A stretch of DNA of 64,000 nucleotides, taken from positions 272,552,001 to 272,616,000 of the forward strand of contig OZ024741.1 in NCBI GenBank assembly GCA_964016885.1. The letters are read 5' to 3'. The stretch's first letter is position 1. Each line of letters opens with the position of its first letter. Source of the stretch: Eledone cirrhosa. Taxonomy: Eukaryota. The notes beneath the pieces were generated by a model. That model was not told where the DNA came from. It was given only the letters and a program-made list of their open reading frames with translations, and ran no database searches. A program made the position numbers and the translations under genes. Below, in pieces: positions 14,611-29,388 of this stretch.

Positions 14611-17600
14611 CAACTTTTCTGTTTTTATCTTTGTTGTGGTATATGTATGACCACTGCCTTCAGTCGTTTTTCTTGGTGTCATCCCTTTTAACTTCTCCTC
14701 CATTAAGTGCTTTCTGATTGCCTCAAACAACTCGAATAGTATTTTCTGTATGGCAGCTACAACTTCAGTTTATACCTAATATATATATGTATCATCATTA
14801 TCATCGTTTAACGTCCATTTTCCACACTAGCATGGGTTAGACGGGTCTGTCCCATTTAGAGGCAAGTTGGATTGGGTGACCATGTCTCGCTCATATATGG
14901 CTGTTTCTGGCATGTTTTCTACGGCAGGATGCCCTTCCTAGCACCAACCACATTTACAGTGTGTGCTGGATGCTTTTTGTCGTGTCTTTCACATGACCAC
15001 TTTACAGTGTGGGCTGGGTGCTTTTTGTCGTGACACCTACATGACCACTTTACAGTGAAAGTTTTGTGGAACCAACATAACATACACACATATATACACA
15101 CATGGTCTATATATACATATTTGTGTGTATATATATATTGTATTTGTTGCTTTCTATTTTGTATTTCCTTTGTCAATGAAGTGTTTATTTTTCTCTGTGT
15201 ATTTGTAGATGAATCTGAAAGTTCAATCCCGACTGAAGCTGTTGCAACATTTAAACTAGATTTCTCTAGATTGTACAGTACACTTTGTGAAACACTTCGA
15301 GATGATCAAACCACCTTGCTTTTGTATCTTTTACTGCACAGAAACCCACACATGAAGGCTTTCATCTTATCCAGAACAAATATAGATTCATTAGTAAGTA
15401 TTTCCACCAACTGATGTTTGATAGAATTGCCAGATTATCAGATGATAAAATCCTCAACTTCATTATTACTTTTCATTTAATTTGCCATTCTGGCATGGAT
15501 GTGACGGGTCCTTTTTTATCTACTTCACCATTTTTGCATGGATGTGATGGGTTGTTTCCAGCATAGCCTCCTTCCACTTTTAGTGTCCCTTCATCTTGCA
15601 TGAATATGATGGGTCCTCTTTATATCTACTTTGCAATCATGATGAAGGAATGTGAGGAGGGGAGAAATGCTGTGCTGAGAAGAACCCAACCAACCCATGC
15701 AAGCGTGAAAAAAATGGATGAAAAAGCAAAACAATAATGATATATACACATACATGCATATAAATAAGAAACAGCTGTCGGTAATTTCCCTTTTCTTCTG
15801 CTGGAAGTCGCAAGGTGGGATCCTGCTATCACCTTTCAAAATTCATTGCTAAAGGCTTTCAAATATTTATTCATAAACATATCGTATATTATTAAAAATA
15901 CAAAACTTACATACTTATATGTATACAGCTATGTTGGAGCAAACACCTTAATTCTATTTCTTCTTAAGGCCGAGCCAGCCTACAGCTCCATATGCTAATG
16001 AGGTTAATCAGCCCATATACATAAGTGTCAAAACTATATGTTAGCGCCCATATTGAGTTCCTGCAGAAAGGGAGGTAGATGAGTGCATTACCTTGATAAC
16101 GACCATAAGTCAGAAATAGCTGTTGGTAATTTCCCCTTGATTCTGCTGGAAGTCTCTAGGTGGCATCCTGCTATCACCTTTCAAAATTCATAGCTAAAGG
16201 CTTTCAAATGTTTATTGGTAAACATATTGTATATTATTCTACATACAAAATTATTAGCCACTTTGAAATTAGAGGTTTTCTAATTTAAAACTAGTGGTGT
16301 ACTCTCAGTTAAGTTATCATTAAAACTCTTGTAAATTTGTGTCTATGGTTATCATTGGCAATATCTAATTACTTTAAACTCACAAAATTTGGTTATCACT
16401 GATCTAGCCAGATCATGTGGAGACGGTTGCTTCTGGCAGGACCTGCTGGAAGGAGTGTTTAAGGACTCTGCCCACACAACCCTTGGAGGAAAGAGGAGGA
16501 GACAAAGATGAAGAAGACAAAGAAGACAACGAAGAAGAAGACGATGACGAAGAAGAAGACGATGACAAAGGAGAAGAAGACGATGACAAAGAAGAAAGAC
16601 AATGAAGAAGAAGACGATGACAAAGAAGACAACGAAGAAGAAGACGATGACAAAGAAGAAAGACAATGAAGAAGAAGATGATGACAAAGAAGAAAGACAA
16701 CGAAGAAGAAGAAGGCGATGATGAAGAAGAAGATGATGACAAAGAAGAGGACGAAGAAGAAGACAGATTAGTTAGAGACAGTTGCTTCTGACAGGACCCG
16801 CTGGAATGAATGTTGGAGGCCTCTGAACTATCCCCTCCATCCCTCTCAGGGATAAGTGGGCGAAGAAGAAGAAGAAGAAGATATATGAATATAAGTATTG
16901 TATATTTATATTCATATATCTTATTTGTTTGTTTGTTATTTATCCATTTAACTTTGGTTTATTTTCTATCAGTAATGCAATGTATCACTCTTCTATTCTA
17001 GGTGATGCCTATTTTACACATCCTATATCATGCACAAGACAAAAACTCCCACCATATTTATATGGCACTTATTGTTCTATTGATTCTTAGTGAGGATGAT
17101 GTATTTAACCGTGCCATTCATGATGTTGTAAGTATATAAATATTTCATGTCACTCATTAGACCACAGCCATGCTGACGTATCACCTTCAATGGACTTTGG
17201 TCAATCATATCAACTCCCAGTACATATCAACCCCAGTACATATCAACCCCAGTACATATCAACCCCAGTACATATCAACCCCAGTACATATCAATCCCCG
17301 TACATATCAATCCCAGTATATATCAACCCCAGTACATATCAACCCCAGTACATATCAACCCCAGTACATATCAATCCCAGTATATATCAAACCCCGTACA
17401 TATCAATCCCAGTATATATCAATCCCAGTATATATCAATCCCAGTATATATCAATCCCAGTATATATCAACCCCAGTATATATCAACCCCAGTATATATC
17501 AATCCCAGTATATATCAATCCCAGTATATATCAACCCCAGTATATATCAACCCCAGTATATATCAACCCCAGTATATATCAACCCCAGTACATATCAACC

Positions 17601-17785
17601 CCAGTATATATCAACCCCAGTACATATCAACCCCAGTACATATCAACCCAGTACATATCAACCCCAGTACATATCAACCCCAGTACATATAGATATATTA
17701 TTTCAAGTCTGTTACTTCTTTTTTCCTTTTTTATGTTAAACAGTTAACAATCTGTCTATTAAATTTCACTCACAATGCACCTGTA

Positions 17786-17821
<36 letters not shown>

Positions 17822-20800
17822 GTTATACTTTGGGAGCGTCATATTTGTGTAATATTGCCAGAATTAATAACAGTACTATACGAACATGCCAGACAACAAC
17901 ACGACGGTAACATAGACAACATAGAAATTAGAATAATATCTAAACATAGAAATGACCCAGCAGATAGGCAAATCAGAGAGGCCAGTGAAATAGAACTTAG
18001 AAGGCCAAGGCTAAACAGAAAAAATGAATGGAATAACAACAACACTCAAACAAACAACACTGACCTAAGAGAAGTATAAATAAATAAATAAATAGATAAA
18101 TAAATTAATTAATACATACACAAGTACAATAACAACAAACACATAAACACACACTAGTAAAGATAGAATACATTAACCAATACACAATCACCCAATCACG
18201 AACACACATCAAACAAAACACTATACACACACGCATGCGCAAAGAAGACAAAATAAAATAAACAAATAAATAAATATATAAACAGACTAAATAAAGATGG
18301 CGTAGAAAATACAATGCAACGGGAGGAAACAATAGCACCACTGACGATGTTGCAGATGTGCAACGAAAGAACTTTGATAAACTATATATATGTGTTTGTG
18401 TCTATATTGTATCTGTATTTTTGACCGTTGGTCAGTCAATGGCAACATTGAGGACCGAATAAATTAGATTACCGATATAAAAGACACAGAAGCGAAAAGC
18501 AAAAACCAACCAAACAGTGAGTGTGTTCTGATATTAATTCTGGCAATATTACACAAATATGACCCTCCCCAAGTATAACAATATTTGTTTTGTCACACGA
18601 TTTCATATCAAAAACCTCGCAAAACTATATATATATATACATATATGGGTAGATAAGGTAATCAACATAAATATAAATAGAGTAAATGACAGAATAATTA
18701 AAATAAGGTTAGTTCTAAATAAAACTACTGTGACAATAATATCCGCTTATGCACCCCAATCTGGTCTACTTGATGTTATAACCGACAGCGACTACCTAAT
18801 TATTGCTGGCGATCTAAACAGCCACGTTGGACAACATAGTGATGGCTATGATGGAATCCATGGAGGCTATGGGGTTGGAAATAGAAATTGAGGAAGGCTT
18901 GAGAATCCTGGAATTCTGTGACGTCAATAACCTAACTATCTGTAACACAAACTTCAAAAAACGTGAAAACCACTTGATCACCTATAGATCAGGGGAACAC
19001 GCCAGCCAGATAGATTATATCCTTACTAGAAGACGGGACAAAGTGTCTGTTGTAAACACTAAATCCCTCCCCCGTGAAGAATGCACCTCCCAACATAGCC
19101 TAGTAGTTAGTAACCTCACAGTCAGGAATAGACGTACTCGACGACAGAGGAGGCCTACCTTGAAGAGAAGAATACGGAAGTTGAAGGACCCCATAGCCTG
19201 TGACAAATTTAAAAGCTTATTACTTGATGCCTTTGACAATAAAGAAGAGCAATTAGAGACGTGCGATATAGAGGAACAGTGGCAATTCTTGAAAGTGAAA
19301 CTGCTGAAAGCAATGGATGAAATCTGGGGCTGGAGCAGACCTATTGGCAGGAGGAGAGTAACTTGGTGGTGGAACAGTAAGGTAGAAGAGACAATCAAGG
19401 CCAAAAAGCAGGCTTGGAAAGTATGGCAGGATGGGGGAAGTAGAGAGCACTATCAAGTGGCCAGGAGAAAAGCTAGGAGACAAGTGTACCTTGCAAAAAG
19501 GGAAGCAGAGGAAAGAAAGTTCAAGCATGTTCTACAACGTGAGGACCAAAAACGCGAGGTGTTCAGGATTGCTAGACAATGTGTCAAGGAAAACCGTGAT
19601 ATTGTCGGGGAGAAGTGTGTCTGTAATGATAACGGTGTACTTGCCCTCACTGATGCTGATAAAAAGATAGCCTGGAAGTGTCACTACGAGAGACTATTAA
19701 ATGAGGAGAATAAGTGGGAAAAAGATAGTCTGCCCCAAATCGATCCAATAGAAGGACCAGCGGTGCAAGTTAAAGGTAGTATAATAAGTAAGGCAATCAA
19801 AGATATGAAGACGGGCAAGGCAGCTGGGCCTTTGGAGATAGTTGCTGAGATGTTGAAGGCATCTGGAATGGTGGGACATACTATGGTCACCCGTATAGTT
19901 AACCAAGTAATACAGAATGGGGTCATACCAAAAAACTGGCGTAGCATCATGATCATTAACTGCTACAAGGGTAAAGGAGGTGCTCTAGATAGAGGAAACT
20001 GTAGAGGCATTAAGTTAGTTGACCAGGTCATGAAGGTCACAGAAAGAGTTATAGTGCAACTAATCAGAGAGCGAATTGATCTAGTTGAAATGCATTTTGG
20101 GTTTGTCTCAGGTAAAAGTACCACAGACGCTCTTTTCCTTGTACGACAAATACAAGAGAAGAACCTAGCTAAAAGTAAACCCCTCTACTTAGCTTTTGTA
20201 GACCTGGAAAAAGCCTTTGACAGAGTCCCCCGCTCCATTATCTGGTGGGCTCTTAGAAAACTAGGTGTAGATGAATGGCTTGTGAGAGCTATACAAGCTA
20301 TGTATAATGAAACAGTCAGTAAGGTTAGAATTAACAATGAATATTGTGAAGAATTTAGTGTAAAAGTTGTTCACCAAGGCTCTGTCCTTAGCCCCCTCCT
20401 ATTTATTATTGTTCTTTAGGCTATAACAGAGGAGTTCAAGACCGGCTGCCCATGGGAACTCGTATACGCAGATGATCTAACGCTCATAGCTGAATCTATG
20501 GCTGAACTAGAAAAGAAATTCCAAACATGGAAGCATGGCCTAGAATCAAAAGGCCTTAAAGTTAACTTGTCTAAGACTAAAGTCCTAGTTTGTAGAAAGG
20601 AAAATAAGGCACAGGTACTCTCAGGGAAATGGCCTTGCTCAGTGTGTAGGAAAGGAGTAGGCAGAAATTCAATTTTATGTCCCAAATTCAAAGTATGGGT
20701 ACATAAAAGATGTAGTGGGATCACAGGTAAACTATCTAAGAACGTAGACTTTATATGTGGCCAATGATCAGGTGCAATAGGTAGCAAGTGTCCACAGGAT

Positions 20801-21842
20801 ACTAGCCCCTTCTATTGCCCAGATGGTTCTATAGAAATAGTAGACACTTTCTGTTACCTGGGTTACAAAATCAGCAGTGGTGGAGGGTGTTCTGAAAGTA
20901 CAGTAACCAGAGTCAGAACGGGATGGAAAAAGTTCAGAGAGCTTATACCGCTGTTGGCCACAAAAGGTTTCTCTTTAAAAATGAAAGGTAGATTGTATGA
21001 TGCTTGTATACGAACACCAATGCTACATGGCAGTGAGACATGGGCATTACGTGCAGAGGACCTGCGTAGACTGGAAAGGAACAAAGCATGCATGCTCCGT
21101 TGGATGTGTAATAGTAATATACGTGAACGGCAAAGCATAAATGAACTAAGTGAGAAATTAGGAATAAGAGGGATCAGATGCTGTTTACTTGAGAGAAGAC
21201 TACGTTGGTATGGCCACGTGATGCACATGAAAGACGACAGCTGTATAAAAAAAGTGCAGGGCGATCAAAATTGATGGTAGTTACGGAGCAGGTAGACCCA
21301 GAAAAACCTGGTACGATTTGATAAATTCCGACCTTACACACTTGCACCTCTCTAAGACAATGTCACTGGACTGAGATCTTTGGCGCTACGCAGTAATGCA
21401 GAAGACCCGCCTTGCCTATGTACAAAGCGAAACCTACAGTCAGTAGGCACCTCTTAACCAAATATACACTCCAATCCACTAACCCTACCCTATTCTCCCA
21501 GTCCCACCAACACCACCCTCTCTCTATAAAGTTGGTACCACAACATCCAGTCCAAATAAATGAGATAATGAGATCGAGATCGTGTAGGTGTCATGAGAAA
21601 AAACACACAGTCCACGCTGTAATGTGGCCATGTAGGAAACACGGTAAAAAGTTCCCAGTTTCACACTGTAAATGTGGTTGGTGTTAGGAAGGGCATCCAG
21701 CCGTAGAAAACTTGCCAGATAGTCCTATACGAGCGAGACACGGTCACCCGACCAACCTTGCCTCAAGTGGGACAACTCCCGTCTAACCCATGCTAGCGTG
21801 GAAAATGGACGATAAACGAAGATGATGATGATGATATATATA

Positions 21843-21904
<62 letters not shown>

Positions 21905-24900
21905 GAAAATGGACGTTAAATGATGATGATGATGATGATCATCATCATCATCATCATCAACGTTTAACGTCCGTGTTCCACGCTTGCATGGGTTTGGACG
22001 GGGGTAGTCCCACTTGAGGCAAGAGTGATTGTCTTGCTCGCATAGGACTGTCTGGCAGGTTTTCTACAGTTGGATGCCCTTCCTAACACCAACCACATTT
22101 ACAGTGTGGGTCTGGGAGGTTTTTACCGTGTTGCCTACACGGCCACATTACAGCGTGGACTGTGTGTTTTTTTGTCGTGACACCTACACGATCTCATTTG
22201 TTTCGGCCTCGATGGCGCGGCACCAACATAACTTTACATAGAACGGGGTGGTGTGGATCGGGTGGGGGTGGTGGTGGTGGGACGGGGTGTATTTTGTTAG
22301 AGATGCCTACTGGCTGGAGTAGGTTTTACTATATATTTAGGTAAGGCGGGTCTTCTCTGTTACTGAGTACCGCCAAAGGTCTCGGTCCAGTGACATTGTC
22401 TTGGAGAGGTGTAAGTGTGTGATGTCGGAGTTTATCAGCTCGTCCCAGGTTTTTCTAGGTCTGCCTATTCCGTGACTACCGTCTATCTTTATTGCCCTGC
22501 ACTTTGTTATACAGCTATCGACTTTCATGCGCATCACGTGTCCATACCAACGTAGCCTTCTCTCGAGTAAACAACATCTGATCCCTCTTATCTCTAATTT
22601 TTTCCTTAGTTCGTTTATGCTTTGCCGTTCACGTATATTACTGTTACACATCCAGCGGAGCATGCAAGCTTCGTTCCTCTCTAGTCTGCGTATATCCTCT
22701 GCACACAATGCCCAGGTCTCACTGCCATGCAGCATTGCTGTTCGTATGCAGGCATCGTACAACCTGCCTTTCATTTTTAGTGAGAACCCTTTAGCAGCTA
22801 ATAGTGGTATAAGCTCTCTGAACTTTTTCCAACCAGTTCTGACTCTAGCTACAGTACTTTCAGAGCACCCTCCCCCACTGCTGATTTTATCGCCCAGGTA
22901 ACGGAAGCTGTCCACTATTTCTATAGAACCCTCTGCGCAATTGAAAGAGCTAGTAGTTTGTGGGCACTTGCTGCTACTTATTGCACCAGAGCACCGGCCA
23001 CATGTAAAATCTATGTTCTTAGTTAGCTTACCTGTGATCCCACTACATCTTTTATGCACCCATACTTTGCATTTAGGACATAAAATGGAGTTTCTACCTA
23101 CGCCTTTCCTACACACCGAGCACGACCATTTCCCAGAAGGGACCGCCGCCTTGTTTTCTTTCCTACAAACTAGTACTTTGGTCTTAGCCAGGTTAATTTT
23201 AAGTCCTTTTGACTCTAGGCCGTGCTTCCATGTTTGGAATTTCTTCTCTAGCTCGGCCATTGATTCCGCTATGAGTGTCAGGTCGTCTGCGTATAGGAGT
23301 TCCCATGGGCAGCCTGTCTTGAACTCCTCTGTTATAGCCTGAAGGGCAATAATAAATAGTAGTGGACTGAGAACAGAGCCCTGATGGACGCCAACTTTTA
23401 CGCTAAACTCTTCACTATATTCGTTGTTAATTCTAACCTTGCTGACTGTTTCTTTATACATGGCTTGTATAGCCCTCACAAGCCATTCGTCAACGCCTAG
23501 TTTTCTAAGAGCCCACCAGATAATGGAGCGGGGGACTCTGTCGAAGGCTTTCTCCAAGTCGACAAAAGCTAAGTAGAGGGGTTTACCTTTAGCTAGGTAC
23601 TTCTCCTGTAGTTGTCGTACTATGAAAAGAGCGTCTGTGGTACTTTTGCCTGACACAAACCCGAACTGCATTTCATCTAGGTCAATTCTCTCTCTGATTA
23701 GTTGCGCTATTACTCTTTCCGTGACCTTCATGACCTGGTCGATTAATTTAATGCCTCTATAGTTACTTCTATCTAGGGCGTCTCCTTTACCCTTATAACA
23801 GTTAACGATGATGCTGCTATGCCAGTCCTTCGGAACAACCCCATTCTGTACGACTTGGTTAACTATGCGGGTGACCATGGTGTGTCCCACCGTGCCAGAT
23901 GCCTTCAGCATCTCAGCAACTATTTCCGAAGGCCCAGCCGCCTTACCAGTCTTCATATCCTTGATTGCCTTACTTATTATACTCCCCTCGACTAACACTG
24001 CTGGTCCCTCTATTGGGTCGATATGGGGGAGACTGCCTTTCTCCCAATTATTCTCCTCATTTAGAAGCCTTTCATAGTGACACTTCCAAGCTACCTTCTT
24101 ATCAGCGTCGGTGATGGCAAGTGTGCCATCGTCGTTTAGTACACACTTCTCCCCGACAATATCACGGTTTTCCTTGACGCATTGCCTAGCAATCCTGAAC
24201 ACCTCACGTTTTTGGTCATCGCGTTGTAGAACATGCTTGAACTTTCTTTCCTCAGCTTCCCTTCTTGCTAAGTACACTTGTCTCCTAGCTTCCCTCCTGG
24301 CCACTTGATAGTCCTCTCTACTTCCCCCATCCCGCCATACTTTCCAAGCCTGCTTTTTGGCCTTAATTGACCCCTCCACCTTACTGTTCCACCACCATGT
24401 TACTCTCCTCCTGCCTACAGGCCTGCTCCAGCCACAGACCTCGTCTGTCGCCAACAGCAGGTTTGCTTTCAGAAATTCCCACTCTCCCTCTATATTGTCC
24501 GACTCTAAATGTTCTTCCTTACTGTCGAAAGCATCAAGTAATATGCTTTGAAATTTATTCCTGGCTGTGGGGTCCTTTAGCTTCCATATTTTCCTCCTGA
24601 GGATAGTCCTCTTCTGTTGTCGAGTACGTCTCGTCCTGACTATGAGGTCGCTAATTATCAGTCTATGTTGGGAGGTGCATTCTTCATGGGGGAGGGATTT
24701 AGTGTTAACAACAGACACTCTGTCACGTCTTCTGGTAAGGATATAATCTACCTGGCTTGTGTGTTCCCCGGATCTATAGGTGATCAGGTGATTGTCACGT
24801 TTTTTGAAGTTAGTGTTACAGATAGTTAGGTTATTTGCATCACAGAATTCCAGGATTCTGGAGCCTTCCTCATTCTAGTACCAAACCCATAGCCTCCATG

Positions 24901-27900
24901 GATTTCGTCGTAGCCGTCACAATGTTGTCCAACGTGACCATTTAGGTCGCCTGCGATAATTATATAGTCACTGTCGGATATTTGGGAGGTAGTTAGCATC
25001 AGTGTCTCATAGAATCTGTCTTTTATAGTGCCGGGCAGTCCGGATTGGGGTGCGTACGCAGATATTACTGTCACCGTAGTTCTATTGAGGACAAGTCGTA
25101 TTTTAATTATTCTGTCGTTCACTCTATTTACGTCTATTATCTTATCTGCCCACTTTTCTGCTACCATGATTCCTACTCCACCCAGCCCATCGTCGTTTCC
25201 CACCCAGAAAAGCTTATAACATCGTTTTTTACCCTCAATGAACCTAGCAGACCCACCCCTCCACCTGGTCTCTTGAATACAACAAACATCAACCTCCTTA
25301 CGTTCAAGCATTTCTCCAACTCGTTAGCGCGACCCTTTAGGGTGCCTACATTTATGGTACCAACTCTGAAGTTTTGGATTGCGTTTGGGGGTTGGGGGCG
25401 GTGAGGGGCGGGGGGCGATGGGGTTATGTTAGCCATCCGCGGTCGAAACAATGAGGAGTGCTCGCATTCTCGTCCAAGGGGTGAATTTGTCTTTATCTTT
25501 GGCATTGTCGCTGAGCGTCCAGATTTCTCTCTCTCACCTCCACTCTCCAGGATTCCGCAGTCCATCCATCCATCATATATCGTATATCGAAAGGCAACCA
25601 GGCAAGCGATAGTATAGGCCTCTGGTTTCTGATTGGTCCGCGTAATAATACTGGTGATGCGTGGGGGCTCTGTTTTATGATTGGTCCACGTAATAGCAAT
25701 GGTGGTGTGTGGGGGTGGAGGGGTGTTGGGTAGCTAGCAAGAAGGTAATGATTGGGTGGGGTCCATGCATTTAACAAGCGATTAACAAAAATACAAAATT
25801 TGTTCTGTTAAATACGTCCAAAAACCTACGTATTTAGCAATTAATAGAAACAGAAATGATGATATATATATATATATATGTGTGTGTGTATATGCATGCA
25901 TGCAATTTTTAATAAGATATTTTATAGCAACTGACTGTAATTACAGTTATTTTTCTGTGTCTGAGTTTCCTAAATCTTCTCATAGATTTATTTCCTTGGC
26001 ACTTGAGTTCGAAAATTTGAGCTTAAGTGCCAAGGATTTATAAGATGTTGGAAGTTCAGATGCAGAAAATAACTGCAATTTCAGTCAGATGGTATAAAAT
26101 AGCTTATAAATTGGGTATATATATATAGCATATGTAAAATTACGTTGATATATATATATATATATATATATATCATCATATATATATATATGAATGGTTA
26201 CCAATATAGATCCTGGTTAAGATCGGAGAAGCTCTGTGCTAACCAGTTTCCTTGATACAGCAGTAGTTCAATTTTTATATATATATATATATCATCATCA
26301 TCGTTTAACGTCTATCTTCCATGCTAGCATGGGTTAGATGGAGTCTATATATATATTTATTTATTTATTTATCTAAACTATAATAAAGTAAGGAGTGCGG
26401 GACTGTGTATGGTTTAATTCTTTTAATCCAGTTAGTAAAATAAGGTGGATTACTTTGAATAAATAATGAATGAATATTACATAATTTATGTACTAAATTA
26501 AATTTAATATAAATATTAATATACATAATTTTATTGCTTATTTAAAATTGACTTCTTTTCAAAGTTTCAAATTTCTACACTTCCGGTATATCGCCGCCAC
26601 CACCACTTCATCTACCATATATATAGAAAGAGAGAATGTGTGATGAGAGAGATACAGAAAGATAGAGTGATTATGATTTTCTACACGCTGACGCGTATCT
26701 ATGTGTATGTGCAATGCATACATCTGTATGTATGAGTATATAACTATAATTGCGCAAACACAAACTTATGAAAATACACGTTCACGGACATACATTCACA
26801 GAAATACACATACTTTTGCACATATACTTTCACACAAACACATACATGCATTCGCACATATACATTTACACAAGCACACACATACAGTCAAGATAGCAGC
26901 GTTCGGTGAATTGGAAATGGGAGGGTAAAACAAGTATAACGTTTTATTTATTTATTAACTCTTTATATATTTATTAACTCTTTTTTTTAAAACTCATTTA
27001 ATATAATGTTTACAGAATGAAAACACTAACAAATATAATATATACAAAGGAAAACGAAAGGAAAAAAAAGAAAGAAAAAATACACAGGCATGTAATGCTC
27101 ACATCTAAGACCACAAAGGCTGGATAATGTAGTTAGCTAACAGAACACGGTATTTTAGGATTTTGTTCCGTTCAGCTGCGGATGCTGTAGCTCTCGCCCT
27201 TACCGCTGCATCCAGGATGTGGGAAGAAGCAAAAGAATCACTAACTGTGACATCCCAGGTAAGGCACCTGCCTCTTGACCAGGAGCACAGAGTAAGACCG
27301 TCAAGTCTTTTCCCATCAATTCAGGACAACCCAGACGGTTCCAAAATTGAGGGGATGTTTGCCTGGGCCAAAGCTCTTCAGTGGTAATAGGACAGTGTGT
27401 GTATGTGCGCGCCCGTGAGTTTGTCGGTGTTCTTAAATTAGAGATACGTGTGTGTGTGTGACTGTTTTTAAGTTAGACATATATGTGTGTATCCCTTTCC
27501 TTTTACACACATATACATTAACACAAACACACATACACATTACGTGATGGACGGGTGGACAGAAGTCCCTCAAATTTATATACATGTGAATGGAGTTCTA
27601 CTGAAGCAGTTAGAGAAATTCAAGTATCTTGGAGCCGTGTTCATGAGTGATGGAATGCAAGAATTGCAAAAAGTTGATGCAGTAATGTGCCAGCCGCAGC
27701 AATCAGATGAAGGGGTTAGGTGTAAAAGCCAAACTCGCTCTCATCCTGGTATTCCTGCCAACTCTTACCGAGGATCATGAATCTTGAGTAATGACCAAAA
27801 GAATACAATTGCAAATAAAAGCGGCAGAAATGGGATTCCTCCGAAGGGTGTTTGGAGTAACGTTACTCGATAAAGAGTGTAGCTCAGAGACCAGAGAGTC

Positions 27901-29341
27901 ACTCGTGGTACAGCCGCTACTTCTCCGAATTGAGATATCACAACTCCGATATTACGAGCATGTGGTTAGAATGTCTCAGTAAAGAATCGCTGGACACATT
28001 TTACAGGCAAGAGACACGGCAAGAGACCCAGAGGTAGACCCTGAGAAAGATAGTTGGATAACATCCATGAGCTTGGCTGGTCATGCTTTGGGATCTAGCT
28101 GGATCAGTTAGAGATGTTTGCTACTGACAGACTCGCTGGAAGGAGTGTTTGAGAAGGACTCTGCCCCCACGACCCTCTCAGAAATAAGTGGGTGAAGAAG
28201 ATATTGTCAATTTACTTTTCAATCTACATATATCTATATGCATATAATACCAATATGCACACTACATACGCCAGTAGAAAACCACCCTTTGGCCGGTTTT
28301 TCTTCTAGTATGTATAATATAGAAATGGCTTCTACAAGACTAGGACTGTTTCATTCAAAAGAAATCATCAGGAAAACTTTCTTGATGTTTTCTTTTGAAT
28401 GAAACAGTTCTAGTCTTGTAGAAGCCATTTCTGTATTAAACATGATGTTTACACTCTACTAATGTATTGAGTACTTCACTTACTGTAGTTACCCCCGATT
28501 GAACCCAAGACATATATATGACACACAATTTGTGTAAAATATTGTGAAATTGGTGTTTGTATCTTCTACAAATGCATGTTTTGAAAAATCAAATTCTTTT
28601 AACAGACAATCAAATCGGTACCCTGGTTCAAAGAGCGAAGCATTAATGAAGTCACACTGGGAGGTCTCCTCATTCTCGTTGTTATTCGAACTATTCAGTA
28701 CAATATGACACGCATGAGAGTAAGTACTTTAAAACATTTTCTTTTTCAGGATTCTATCATTTTAAAATTTATTTCATTTCCTCAATAATTCGTTGTGAAC
28801 CATTTTGTTACCATATTTCTAAGGAAAGATACTGCCTATGATTTTTCAAATAATTTTGAAGATGATCAAGAATTTAGAGGGATATAGTAATGTTACCATA
28901 TTTCCAAGGAAAGACACTGCCTATGATTTTTCAAATAATTTTGAAAATAAGAATTTGGAGGGATTTAGTAATTTAACTAACTTTCTCATTATTAAGCTGA
29001 TATTTGGTATTTGGGACATAACTTAATAATTAAGATTATAATGGATGGTTTTTAGAAAGTGTGGAAATAGATGTAAGCAAGATGAGTTTCCCATTCCACC
29101 TTAGAGGTCAGCATCTCAGATTATTGTCATTGTCCCCTTCTTAAATGTTAACAACAAGGTAAAAGTTAAAGACCTCCTTAGGTCACGATTGACCATGGGA
29201 TTTGCACCTAGAAAGTTTCCCTCCAAGGCACATGCCTAGGCAAGGTTTTGTTTGTAGAAGACCAGGAGTCACCCATGCATACCAGTCTCCCCTCTCTACA
29301 CCACCTATGTTGTTCAAGGGAAAGGCAGTGATATCACAACG

Positions 29342-29388
<47 letters not shown>

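Noticed and set aside
16352-16742. Acidic and Ser-rich ORFs
   Set aside because: Translations of a (GAA/GAC/GAT)n tract.
17170-17747. ORFs with [16 protein letters not shown] repeats resembling a structural protein
   Set aside because: Translation of a 16-bp minisatellite, giving the same peptide in shifted frames.
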